54,784 nt of DNA from a virus. Lineage: Duplodnaviria; Caudoviricetes. Positions 35,658 through 45,313 of this stretch are shown piece by piece. Below the pieces are notes generated by a model. That model had not been told where the DNA came from. It saw nothing but the letters and a program-made list of their open reading frames with translations, and searched no databases. Positions within the stretch are counted from its first letter, which is position 1. The number at the start of each line of letters is the position of its first letter. The translations under genes and the position numbers were made by a program. Where the stretch lies: the IMG/VR virus record IMGVR_UViG_3300028384_000897, positions 1-54,784 of that record. One strand, given 5' to 3'.

Positions 35658-37001
35658 CTAAATTTTATCAAAAATTTCGTTAACAGCTTTTCTAGAGAAA
35701 GTAAAATTGTCACTGGTAGTAACTTCTTCACTTTCTAGATCAGCTTTTTCTAGGAATTCTATATGTCCGTTATTGGTATCCATTTTAACGTTATATGTCA
35801 TTCCATCTTGTCCATATCTATTTTTCATCACATGGACTCGCCCGGTACCCAGTACCTTATCTTCTTTTTGTCTTGAAAGAGAAAGACAGATATCTGCAAC
35901 CATCATCTTATCATAACTGCCTGCTGCTTTATCTCCTTCAATAACAGAATCTTTAGCTCCCATTCTATTTACCTGAGAAGGTGTAAGAATAGGTATTTTC
36001 ATTTCTTTGGCAAGTCCTTTTGTAGCGATAAATACATCGTCTATTTCGTCCTTACGTTCAGAAAATTTACTTTTACTTCTTGCTCTAAGGTAATCAACAT
36101 AATCGATTATTACTAAGTCTGGTTTATGTTCCATATCTATACATTTCTGTATATGAGAACGAATAGTCCCTACAGAAGCTGATTTAGGAGCATACTCTTT
36201 AACAATAAGTTTACCTTTAAGATTATCTACATGTGTCTGTACTTGTTTTCTGTGTTTATTTACCTCATCTATAGAGTGTCCAGTAAAGTAACAATCAAAT
36301 CTCTTCCCAACATAGTCTTCTCCTAATTCTAAAGTATAGTAATTTACTTTATACCCTAACTGTACAGCATGAGCTGCTATTGCAACCATCGTCCAAGACT
36401 TACCGCCGCCAGGATTTCCAAACATTATAGCAAGGTCCCCAGGACCGAACCCTCCTTGAATACCATCATTTAGTATACCCCAAGGACTAGGGATAGTAGG
36501 GCGATAGTCAGTACGGTAACGAGTTTCAACGTCTTTATTGTATTCATGTCCAATATTTTTATCCATACCAGCTTTCATAGCTTTCTCAATCATATTTCTT
36601 ATCCCATCGAAATCATGTTCTTTGAGTAAGTCTGCTGAGTTAAGTATGGCAGATTTCATTTCTTGATTCTTACAGAAGGTTTGAAATTCTTCTTGTACAT
36701 ATTCTAGATCATCTTGCGATGCTTCATAAGAGTTTCTTAATTCTTCTTTGAGTGCAACTTGAAGTACTTCGTTTTCTACCTTTTGAAGCTCTACTTTAAG
36801 TACATCCATAGTAACATTAGTATGATACTTATCAAAATACTCACATATTTGCTTTATAATCCATTTATGTGAATCAGCATCAAAATAGTGATCATGTAAT
36901 ACGTCACGGACGTTTAATAAAAACTTCTTATCTGTAAGTAGAGAACCTAAAACCTTTAGTTGGAACCCCTTCCCGTACTGTTGTAAACTCTTTAATGTCA
37001 T
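35658..37001 (-). CDS. Replicative DnaB/gp41-like helicase
   Basis: GNPGGGKS, YTLEL, IIDYVD, SQVNR, KNRYG. Confidence 0.93.
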   Translation of the reverse strand: MTLKSLQQYGKGFQLKVLGSLLTDKKFLLNVRDVLHDHYFDADSHKWIIKQICEYFDKYHTNVTMDVLKVELQKVENEVLQVALKEELRNSYEASQDDLEYVQEEFQTFCKNQEMKSAILNSADLLKEHDFDGIRNMIEKAMKAGMDKNIGHEYNKDVETRYRTDYRPTIPSPWGILNDGIQGGFGPGDLAIMFGNPGGGKSWTMVAIAAHAVQLGYKVNYYTLELGEDYVGKRFDCYFTGHSIDEVNKHRKQVQTHVDNLKGKLIVKEYAPKSASVGTIRSHIQKCIDMEHKPDLVIIDYVDYLRARSKSKFSERKDEIDDVFIATKGLAKEMKIPILTPSQVNRMGAKDSVIEGDKAAGSYDKMMVADICLSLSRQKEDKVLGTGRVHVMKNRYGQDGMTYNVKMDTNNGHIEFLEKADLESEEVTTSDNFTFSRKAVNEIFDKI

Positions 37002-37024
37002 ATAAAACCTTTAATCTAATATAA

Positions 37025-37447
37025 TTAATTTTCTTCTAATAGCCAACTAGATGATTGTATTTTATCTCCTAATCCATCGATTAATTCTATACCGAATTGC
37101 TCACAAGTTTGTCTCTCCGGTATTGTATCATTATTCTGGTCTCCACCGTTAGCGAAAGCTAATTTATATGTTTCGTTAAATTTACCAAACATTAATTTTA
37201 AGCTTTCATTCTGAGTATTATCTTCATCGATTGAAACCCATGCCATATCAACTACACTAAGAGCTCTAATTATTTGAACTCTTTCTTGTTCATCCATGAA
37301 GAATTTAGAACCCTTCAATTCTCTTTGTTTATCATTATTTACTATAACTATTAAAGCATCACCTACTTCCTTAGCTTTTTCAAATAACTCTAAATGTCCT
37401 TTATGAAGCGGGTTAAAATAACCGCTAACTATAACTGCTTTTTTCAT
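37025..37447 (-). CDS. Cytidylyltransferase-like nucleotidyltransferase
   Basis: SGYFNPLHKGH, FANGGD, KIQSSS. Confidence 0.88.
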   Translation of the reverse strand: MKKAVIVSGYFNPLHKGHLELFEKAKEVGDALIVIVNNDKQRELKGSKFFMDEQERVQIIRALSVVDMAWVSIDEDNTQNESLKLMFGKFNETYKLAFANGGDQNNDTIPERQTCEQFGIELIDGLGDKIQSSSWLLEEN

Positions 37448-38469
37448 TTTACTGTTGTTAATCCTCTAAAATTTTCTAACCAACCTTCAGTATTCTTAGT
37501 TATACCTTCAATTTTATCTTGATCAAGCATATGAAGAAATGCCCCAGATTGAAGTTCCGGTACTTTACTACCAATTACTTCACTAACGTACTCTTTTTCT
37601 CTATCATCTAATTGAGAATTATGCAAATCCATTAGATCGAAGTTAGTCATAACTCTATCCCAATTATGTAGTATTTTAGCAAAAATCTTTTTAGGTTTTT
37701 TAGTTTCTAACTGTGTTTCACAGTGGTCCCATACATCTTGTAAACTAGCTAAAGGGTCATAACTAAAACTTTTCCATTCAGAGAGTATTGTTTTTATTCC
37801 TAATCCTTTAACTCCTGGTAAGTTATCTGAATTGTCACCGAGTAATGCTTTTACAATATTGTAATTCTGCGGTAATACTCCTATCTCTTCCTTTATATTA
37901 TTAATATCAATTGTCCTCTTTTTTACTGGAGCGTAAATTTCAATATTATTATCAATTAACTGATAAAAATCTTTATCAGAAGAGACGATAGTAACTTTTT
38001 TACCAGATGCAGATGCTTTTTTAGCGAGATACGCCATTATATCATCAGCTTCTAGCTTTTCCATTACTATTTGCTGTAACGGTAAACAATCTAAATAATC
38101 CTTTACTCTAAAAAGTTGATTAATTAATGCTTCTGTCTCTTCCTCTTTGGTGTCGTACAACCCCCAATGAGTAATTCTAGAAGTAGCTCTCTGAGCTTTA
38201 TAGTTTGGATCTATATTCTGTCTATTCCCAGAACCTCCTTTACCGTCCCATACTACTATAACCCTAGTAGGATCGAAAATCCTAGTTACATAACCTAAAG
38301 AGCGAAGAAACCCAACAAGCCCACCGATATGGGTACCTGAAGGGTTCATCGCTTTTAGTAGCGAAAACGATCTAATTAGAGTATTCATTCCATCAATCAA
38401 CAGAATATGATCGTTTAACGCTCGGGGTGGGGTCTCTTTAAGGTTGTTAAGAATATTCTCAAATGCCAT
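37444..38469 (-). CDS. 5'-3' exonuclease / RNase H (FEN family)
   Basis: LIDG, YKAQR, EADD, SSDKDFYQL, GDNSDNLPGVKGLG. Confidence 0.93.
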   Translation of the reverse strand: MAFENILNNLKETPPRALNDHILLIDGMNTLIRSFSLLKAMNPSGTHIGGLVGFLRSLGYVTRIFDPTRVIVVWDGKGGSGNRQNIDPNYKAQRATSRITHWGLYDTKEEETEALINQLFRVKDYLDCLPLQQIVMEKLEADDIMAYLAKKASASGKKVTIVSSDKDFYQLIDNNIEIYAPVKKRTIDINNIKEEIGVLPQNYNIVKALLGDNSDNLPGVKGLGIKTILSEWKSFSYDPLASLQDVWDHCETQLETKKPKKIFAKILHNWDRVMTNFDLMDLHNSQLDDREKEYVSEVIGSKVPELQSGAFLHMLDQDKIEGITKNTEGWLENFRGLTTVK

Positions 38470-39539
38470 TAATCGAGTAGATTAGGTGAGATTGGTGTTT
38501 CTTCTAAGTCTCCTTCCTCGATTAAATCAAAATCAATAGAACCTACTAATTTTAACCAGTGCTCTTTATGGGCATCTTTGTACTTATCAATTGCTCTTTT
38601 ATCATCAGGTAAAAATCCATGAGGTGTCATTACTATCCTACCTCTAGATTGTACTCCGCCAATATGATTCTTCTCTACTTGAACGTTTGTACGTTTAGCA
38701 AACTCTACTTGCATACCGTTCTTAATAGCTTTGATTTTCGATGTACCTGGGTTAGTGATATTCCCGAAAGTAATAACTAAAGTAGCATCATACCACATTG
38801 ACATACCTCCTTTATTCTGTAACTTAGGTTGACCCATCGGAGATTCCGGTTTCATAGTCCAGACTTTATTGATAGCAACTAAAGTATTAGTATAAGGAGA
38901 GTTTTCTTTACGAGAAAGTAGAATTTTCTGGTTTAGATTATTACCAAATTGAGTAGACATAGCACCTGCATTCCACTCGTTATTGTTCTTATTAGAACGA
39001 ACTGATAAATCACAGGGTACAGAGCCGATACTATCCCAGAAGAAACACATATCGTAAGGTAAGTTACCTTTTGCTTGCTCATCCATAAGATCAGCAATAT
39101 AGACTGCTACATCTTCAATAGTATTGAGAGTACCTCTATCAGCATAGAGGAAATGACCTTCATAATCAGTAACTACTCCGTTATCATCTCTAACTTCCTC
39201 AACCTGAAGTCCCATTTCTTTAGCATGTTCCCAAGACCATTTCATCTCTGTAATAATGAAGACCGGGAGAATGCCCAGTTTTTGAGCATTCACCGCAGCT
39301 TCTATTAGGGCAGTAGTTTTGCCCGTATCACTATGTCCACGCAAGAGAGTGATATGCCCGGTAGGAATACCAGGTAAAGATGTGATGTCTTGAAAAGCTT
39401 TAGATAATGGTATCCAGCCTTGTTCTTTAAATTTTACTGATGCATTAGAAAATCCTTTCTTTTTCTTAAAATTAGATAAGTTAAAAGACTTTCTTACAGC
39501 TTCAGTTGCTTTTGCTTGTACTTCTTTTTTCTTCGCCAT
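38469..39539 (-). CDS. RecA/UvsX-like recombinase
   Basis: GHSDTGKTT, WDSIG, INKV, GG, KNH motifs. Confidence 0.88.
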   Translation of the reverse strand: MAKKKEVQAKATEAVRKSFNLSNFKKKKGFSNASVKFKEQGWIPLSKAFQDITSLPGIPTGHITLLRGHSDTGKTTALIEAAVNAQKLGILPVFIITEMKWSWEHAKEMGLQVEEVRDDNGVVTDYEGHFLYADRGTLNTIEDVAVYIADLMDEQAKGNLPYDMCFFWDSIGSVPCDLSVRSNKNNNEWNAGAMSTQFGNNLNQKILLSRKENSPYTNTLVAINKVWTMKPESPMGQPKLQNKGGMSMWYDATLVITFGNITNPGTSKIKAIKNGMQVEFAKRTNVQVEKNHIGGVQSRGRIVMTPHGFLPDDKRAIDKYKDAHKEHWLKLVGSIDFDLIEEGDLEETPISPNLLD

Positions 39540-40336
39540 TATTCATTAAATAAATCATCAAACTTACTAACTGTATCTTGGTTGCCAGCAGTAGCTGTTT
39601 CCAATGTAAAGTCAGTCTTTTGAGGACTATTGCTTTCTGGCGTAGTTTCAGAACCTGCTGGAGGGGTATTCTCTTCAGCTGATCCTGGGTTTAAGTAATT
39701 TTGAAGTTGTTTCTTAACAAAGTCATAATCGTATTGAGTATGAACTTCAGTAGGATTAGGTTGTTCTTTCAACCATTTGTCTACTTGATCGTTGTTATCT
39801 GATAAAGCAGTTTGTTTAGGTTTAATTCTTACTGTTGTTGTTGGGTAAGGGTTTCCTTGTACTTGTTCTACTACAAGATCCCATCCATTAATAACGTCAG
39901 TAAAATCTCCTACATCTTCGTCTTCAGCTAATGCTAGGAGTGCTTTGTAAATTGTGATACCAAAGCCCCATAGTCTTACACCTTTATCTTCTTCTCCTCT
40001 TACTATTACAGGAGCAAAGACTCTAGTTTTAGGGTTAAGCTTACCAGATAGAGACCAATTGTCTTTATCATTAGTCTTTCTTAATTCTTTTACGAACTCT
40101 TCAATAGGGTCTTGCTTACCGAAATTCGATAAGGCAACCATAGGGTATTTACCAATACCATAGTGAAACTTCAATTCCTTAAAAGGAAATGTAGGGTCGA
40201 AGGCAGAAGGTACAATCCTAACTGTTTGTTTACCTAATTCAGGTTTCCAAAAGATAGTTGAATAGTCTGTCTTCTCTCTCTGTTGACCGTTATTATTTAA
40301 CGAATCAAGCTTTGCGCGAATTGCATTTAAATCCAT
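39539..40336 (-). CDS. Single-stranded DNA-binding protein (gp32-like)
   Basis: FWKP..G...VRIVP, DFTD..G.D, acidic tail KFDDLFNE. Confidence 0.8.
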   Translation of the reverse strand: MDLNAIRAKLDSLNNNGQQREKTDYSTIFWKPELGKQTVRIVPSAFDPTFPFKELKFHYGIGKYPMVALSNFGKQDPIEEFVKELRKTNDKDNWSLSGKLNPKTRVFAPVIVRGEEDKGVRLWGFGITIYKALLALAEDEDVGDFTDVINGWDLVVEQVQGNPYPTTTVRIKPKQTALSDNNDQVDKWLKEQPNPTEVHTQYDYDFVKKQLQNYLNPGSAEENTPPAGSETTPESNSPQKTDFTLETATAGNQDTVSKFDDLFNE

Positions 40337-40453
40337 ATAACTATTTTTATTTTTACGTATTATACTCTAATAATATAAGAAGAATATCTTATATAACCAA
40401 CTTCTAGATAAGATTTTTTTGAAGTTGTATAGGATTAGTTTTAGCGTAAGGCA

Positions 40454-40909
40454 TTATTGCTGTACTTCTAAAATCTTAAATAATTTGGTATTTACTCTTT
40501 TGAGCTCAGGTCCTTTGGTTAGCAATATACAGTTCCTGTAATCCATCCAATTTACTCTATAAGTCTTATCTAAAACTCCATTATTGAGTTCTTTAACAAG
40601 GGTATTGAGTGCGTTTATAGTATAAAGTGTATTTGATTCTTTTTTACGATGGACTAATATAGTGTTCTCTAAAAATGTAGAAACATTTCCAAAGTCAACA
40701 TTATACGTACAAATATATTCGTCTTGGCTCTTAGAGTAAAGAACGAAAATTTTGTTGTATATGATTTTATATTTTTCCTTTATCGCATCCAAAGTAGAGT
40801 CTAACTCGGCTTCGGTAGAAAAGGTGCAGAATAGTTTATTGCTCATATCTTCATTAAAAAATATAGGTTCAATATCATAATCAAACCTTTTTTCTATAAC
40901 ATTTGTCAT
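40454..40909 (-). CDS. Hypothetical protein between the second PolA and SSB
   Basis: LFCTF, CTYNV, LVHRKKESNTLYTINALN; function not recognised. Confidence 0.8.
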   Translation of the reverse strand: MTNVIEKRFDYDIEPIFFNEDMSNKLFCTFSTEAELDSTLDAIKEKYKIIYNKIFVLYSKSQDEYICTYNVDFGNVSTFLENTILVHRKKESNTLYTINALNTLVKELNNGVLDKTYRVNWMDYRNCILLTKGPELKRVNTKLFKILEVQQ

Positions 40910-40931
40910 TTTATATAAATATTAGTTATTA

Positions 40932-42257
40932 TCATAAAACTAAATTAGAACTGAATTTGAAACTTACAGGGTACTTTCCATCTTCTGAGAGTATGTTTTC
41001 TAAGTCTTGTAATAACTCTTTACCGTCATCTTTACTAAAATCAAACAGTATGGAATCGTACGTATAAAGTACTGCTTTAGTCTTTTTATCTTTTAAGTAC
41101 CTTAGTACTTCTTTTAGTATTTTTATATTCCTAGAAGTCTCTAATGACTGCATTACATAGTTCATCAGCTTCTGAGGGTTCATATCTTTCAACGATTTTG
41201 TGAAAGGCTTTCCACTAATTGGAGCCAGGATTTTTCCGTCATCTTGATATCGTTGCCATAACTCTTTGATATAAGAGTCAATTCGTTCAAAGATGTCAAG
41301 GAAAGCGTACTGTTCTGGTATTTTTCCATAAATTGCGTGAAAGTTAATTTGCTTTGCTTTTGCATATTCTTCATCTGTTATTTCGTCTTTTTCAAAATAG
41401 AGTTTAGCTAATTGTTTATGAGCAGATTCATTTGTCAATTCATACTTAATCTGATCAGCAAGTAAACGAAGGTGATAACCATCAAAATCAAACTCGACAA
41501 AGTAATCCCCGGTCGGACGGAAACATTGGCGGTGCTCTTGATTCTTAGGAATAGCAGCGAAATTAACGCTATTAAAAGCATTAGTTGGTCTAGAAGTAAC
41601 ATTGTATAAATTATATTGAGTTAATACTTTAATCCCATCGGTATTATAAATAGGATTACGTGGTTTGAATAACTTATTGAAAGGTTCATAATAAACACCC
41701 AATCCAGACTGCTCTAACAAGTAAAATACGTTAGTAGCTGTAGAATTATAAAAGTCAAATCCTTCAGGTTTCTTTAACTCGATAGCTTTACTAACTGAGT
41801 TGTAAAGTTTTTCGCTTGACTCGTATAATTTACTTAATGGAATAAGTTGATTAATATTACTATGACTGTTATGTTTGTTATAAAAATAATTTAACGTGCT
41901 ATTCTCCTTCGAATACTCTAATTTATCGAATTTTACCATAGAATAAAGTAAAGAAACATCTATGGCTGACTGTAGATTAAAGTGGTAGAGAAGGTTCTTC
42001 TTGTTAACTGTATATAGTTTAGAAGACTTAGATAAAAGTTCGTAGACCCGGTTTTTATCTACGTTAATTCCTTCATCGTGATTGATAGGAATAATAAAAC
42101 CGAAATCAGATTTAAGTAATCTGATATATACTGCAACGGTAGAAGTTAGTTTAGGATGAAAATAATCATTAGACGATATTACGTCCACAAAACAACCTAA
42201 TCTTACTAATTTTTCTAACGATGCTAATTTATGCTCTTCTTCTACTATATAAAACAC
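40932..42257 (-). CDS. Short, atypical family A DNA polymerase
   Basis: TSRPTN, motif A EFDFDGYHLRLL, motif B AKQINFHAIYG, NYVMQSLET, motif C LYTYDSILFD; GTG start after a promoter. Confidence 0.85.
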   Translation of the reverse strand: MFYIVEEEHKLASLEKLVRLGCFVDVISSNDYFHPKLTSTVAVYIRLLKSDFGFIIPINHDEGINVDKNRVYELLSKSSKLYTVNKKNLLYHFNLQSAIDVSLLYSMVKFDKLEYSKENSTLNYFYNKHNSHSNINQLIPLSKLYESSEKLYNSVSKAIELKKPEGFDFYNSTATNVFYLLEQSGLGVYYEPFNKLFKPRNPIYNTDGIKVLTQYNLYNVTSRPTNAFNSVNFAAIPKNQEHRQCFRPTGDYFVEFDFDGYHLRLLADQIKYELTNESAHKQLAKLYFEKDEITDEEYAKAKQINFHAIYGKIPEQYAFLDIFERIDSYIKELWQRYQDDGKILAPISGKPFTKSLKDMNPQKLMNYVMQSLETSRNIKILKEVLRYLKDKKTKAVLYTYDSILFDFSKDDGKELLQDLENILSEDGKYPVSFKFSSNLVL

Positions 42258-42296
42258 TTGCTATAACCATTATTATACTAATATAGTAAAAATATT

Positions 42297-42830
42297 TCAA
42301 ATTACAAACTCTCCGAGGTCTGATAAGTAGTTTTTTATTCCTTGTACTTCCTTTTCTGCTTTCTCTACTGCCAATCCATTTCTATATTTTGCTCCTTTGT
42401 AAAGGTAACCGTTATAGTAAGTATCTTCTATAGGGCCTTCTAACCACCATTCTATCTGACATCCTATATAAGAAGGAAAGTTTTTAATATTTTTAAAATC
42501 AGCTGCGACTACTTCGATTATTTTACCATTTCTTTTATCTTTAGTAAAATATCTTTTAAATTTTTTAGACTCGTAATCGTTTTCAGTAGGTTTAATATAA
42601 GCTATTTTTGGAGCTTTAGATTCTTTGGCTGCTGCTTCTTTTTCTTCTAATTCTTTAGCAAATATTAATTTTCTACCAGCTTCTTTTGGAAATCTACCTT
42701 CATACATTTCTCCCTTATAGGTAACAAAGTACTGTCCTTTGAAGTCTTCTTTCGTTTCTTCTATGAGCATACGCTTATCACCACCAGAGGCTGTAAAGGG
42801 TCCTTTGTATTTAGATTTTGGTAGATACAT
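42297..42830 (-). CDS. Hypothetical protein at the end of the baseplate operon
   Basis: Coupled to the upstream gene. Confidence 0.75.
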   Translation of the reverse strand: MYLPKSKYKGPFTASGGDKRMLIEETKEDFKGQYFVTYKGEMYEGRFPKEAGRKLIFAKELEEKEAAAKESKAPKIAYIKPTENDYESKKFKRYFTKDKRNGKIIEVVAADFKNIKNFPSYIGCQIEWWLEGPIEDTYYNGYLYKGAKYRNGLAVEKAEKEVQGIKNYLSDLGEFVI

Positions 42831-45004
42831 TATTCTTGACTTAATATTACTGCATTAGCTTCAATTTGAGTAGACCATTCGTTATTAGATATTTCATGTG
42901 ACACATTTGAAATCTGAAATCCTACTTCTAACCCATCTGAATAAGATTGTGGAAGTACTTCATCAGGTAACTTGAAGAACTGTAGAGCTTTGAGTCCACC
43001 TATCCCCATCATTGTAAGGTTTACTTTAGCACCGATATGCCCTCTCTTACCTTTTGCTTTACCTACATGTTCATCTAACTCTTGCTGTATTAGTGAAGCA
43101 CCGTTGGGCAATGCTTTTTCTATAGTATCAGAATCGTATTTACCTTTTTCAAAGATTGATTTAAATTGATCTTCTAATGCTGTTTTAGAATCTGCTTTTG
43201 CTTTTTCGTATTCTTTTGCTTTAGCTTGTACATCTTGAGAACCAGCAGAGGTAAATCTGCTAGATATACCTGTATTAAATGCTGCTAAGCCTGTTGATGC
43301 ATTTTTACCTGCGTCTTGACCTTGTATTATAGCTTGATTTACTATTAGGTTGATCATAGAATTAGACAGAGTGCTATTAAAAGAAAAGTCTTTAAGAAAA
43401 GATTTCTGCCCTCTAGGTATTATTACTGTGTAGTTATCTTCTTGGCCTTCTGGTCTAGGGGTTAGTTGTAAATCTATAATCTTACTCGGTCCTAATTCTT
43501 TCTTTAGATAGAAATCGTTGTATAAAGTAAACTGGTTTACTCCTCCTAATGATTTTTCTAATTGTTCAAATACATTATTTAAAAAAGTTCCAATACTTAC
43601 ATCTATAGGTTTACCTCCTTCATCTTTTCTTAACTTTTTATACTCATCATATAAAAATTGAGTAGAAAGATGTAAATCCATAATATCTCCTCTATCATCA
43701 TCTCTATCACCAGATATAATTCCTTCAGTTTTTAATCCATATTTTCCTGTTTGCCCAGGTAAAAGACATATACCAGGGTCTATACTAAAATGTTCAGGAT
43801 AAGATAAATAATAATCTATTCCAGGAGTAGTATTAAACTTACCGTTAGGAGTTTCTGTATCAGCTGAATCTCTAGGTAAGAAGAAATAGTTAACCATACC
43901 AAGAAGGAATCTCATACTAATATAGTTAAACCTATTACCGCCTGGTCTACCATTAGCTGCATTAAAACCAGCTCTATACACTTTAAATTCAAATGAATCT
44001 CCTTCAGTGTTAAGTAGATTTTCAATACCGGTAATTGATTCCGAATATTTAGATTGTAGCGCAGCATCTATTCTATCCATATCTGCCTCTTCAATGATAT
44101 CATCACTTTCTTGATAGCCTCTTTTATCTGCATCATTTATAGTAGAAAGTATTCCACCAAAAGAAGACTGGTTAGATGGATCAAATTCAACTCCTGCATC
44201 AGTAGCTGATCCTTTGCTTTCTTCTGAATCTGTTCCTCCATGCATTTTACGTAAAAAGGTAGTCATCGCACCTTCACCAAGTAGTTCTATATTAACTGTG
44301 TATCCATCTCGTTCATAATTCCAATCATAGTTCTTTATAAGTCCTATCATAAAATCGTAATTATGTTGAGTGTTGTCTATAATAGTGCCACCAGCTTCTT
44401 TTAAATCATCTTCAGCATTTTCTCCATTAGTTACTTGTATAGTAGAAGGAGGAGTAGGTTGTGCCTGTATAGATTCACCTTTAATATCACTACCTTTACC
44501 GTAAACTACATGTCCCCATTCTAATAAACATTTAAAACCTGGTCTTAAATATAATTTTTCGATTATAGACAATTGTTCTAAACTAAAACATCTTACTGTT
44601 ATTTGAGCTTCTCTTGTATAACCGCTGTTACCTCGGTTTATTACTCTAACATCTAATATACCGGGCATAGGTACAAACCCTTCATTGCTAGCAAAATTAT
44701 ATGCTCCAGAAGAATCAGAAAAAGGATCTGTTGAAATTCCTGCTCGAAGTTTTCCATCCTTATCTAACGTACCTCCATGCAGAATATGCTTCATAGCAGC
44801 ATCTGGATCTGATTCAAGCTTAATTCCGGAAGTTAATCTTACAAAAGAGTTATTTCCGTTAATAAAACTTTGTAAAAAATTAGGAGGTACATTAGCTGAT
44901 TTACCGAACAGATTAGCTCGAGCAGCTAGTTGTTTACTTACTTCTGGGTCTATAGTATCTAGAGAAGGTAAGGGTCTAGTAAAAAACACGCCTTTTTCTG
45001 CCAT
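42830..45004 (-). CDS. Baseplate hub-like structural protein
   Basis: Position after the LysM gene; PMPGI, LYLRPG..LLEWG and ISNVSHEIS.NEWST.I motifs. Confidence 0.6.
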   Translation of the reverse strand: MAEKGVFFTRPLPSLDTIDPEVSKQLAARANLFGKSANVPPNFLQSFINGNNSFVRLTSGIKLESDPDAAMKHILHGGTLDKDGKLRAGISTDPFSDSSGAYNFASNEGFVPMPGILDVRVINRGNSGYTREAQITVRCFSLEQLSIIEKLYLRPGFKCLLEWGHVVYGKGSDIKGESIQAQPTPPSTIQVTNGENAEDDLKEAGGTIIDNTQHNYDFMIGLIKNYDWNYERDGYTVNIELLGEGAMTTFLRKMHGGTDSEESKGSATDAGVEFDPSNQSSFGGILSTINDADKRGYQESDDIIEEADMDRIDAALQSKYSESITGIENLLNTEGDSFEFKVYRAGFNAANGRPGGNRFNYISMRFLLGMVNYFFLPRDSADTETPNGKFNTTPGIDYYLSYPEHFSIDPGICLLPGQTGKYGLKTEGIISGDRDDDRGDIMDLHLSTQFLYDEYKKLRKDEGGKPIDVSIGTFLNNVFEQLEKSLGGVNQFTLYNDFYLKKELGPSKIIDLQLTPRPEGQEDNYTVIIPRGQKSFLKDFSFNSTLSNSMINLIVNQAIIQGQDAGKNASTGLAAFNTGISSRFTSAGSQDVQAKAKEYEKAKADSKTALEDQFKSIFEKGKYDSDTIEKALPNGASLIQQELDEHVGKAKGKRGHIGAKVNLTMMGIGGLKALQFFKLPDEVLPQSYSDGLEVGFQISNVSHEISNNEWSTQIEANAVILSQE

Positions 45005-45007
45005 AAC

Positions 45008-45313
45008 CTATCGTTTTTTATTCAACTTCTCATACTTCTGTACTATGCTAGTTGGGTTAGCTGGTATTCTTAACTGACTACCGGGTTTAGGTATAAGAGA
45101 ACCTGTACTACTTATAGGATTAGCTGTTGCTATAATCCACCACAAGCTAGTATCTTTATAAAACTGTTGAGCTAAAGTATCAAATCTATCACCTACAGTA
45201 GTAATTACGTAAGTGTCATTAGAAGTAGCAGGAATATCAGGATATATTGCATTCTGTATATACCTAGTACCTTCTAAATCTTTAACTTCTTGTATGTTTT
45301 GATATCTATTCAT
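45008..45313 (-). CDS. LysM-domain baseplate protein (gpX-like)
   Basis: GDRFDTLAQQFYKDTSLWWIIATAN...GSQLRIP. Confidence 0.85.
   Translation of the reverse strand: MNRYQNIQEVKDLEGTRYIQNAIYPDIPATSNDTYVITTVGDRFDTLAQQFYKDTSLWWIIATANPISSTGSLIPKPGSQLRIPANPTSIVQKYEKLNKKR

Noticed and set aside
12011-37001. Inteins or introns in polA, nrdA, nrdB or the helicase
   Set aside because: The ORFs are continuous and of normal or short length, with no splicing motifs.
40398-40427. CAACTTC...GAAGTTG inverted repeat upstream of the SSB gene
   Set aside because: Weak 7-bp stem with a long loop and no U-tract; could be chance. An SSB autoregulatory role cannot be supported from sequence alone.
3617-41374. 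Short alternative-frame minus-strand ORFs (3617, 4699, 12646, 20571, 21702, 30727, 41189)
   Set aside because: They are nested within or largely overlap better-supported genes and have no motifs.
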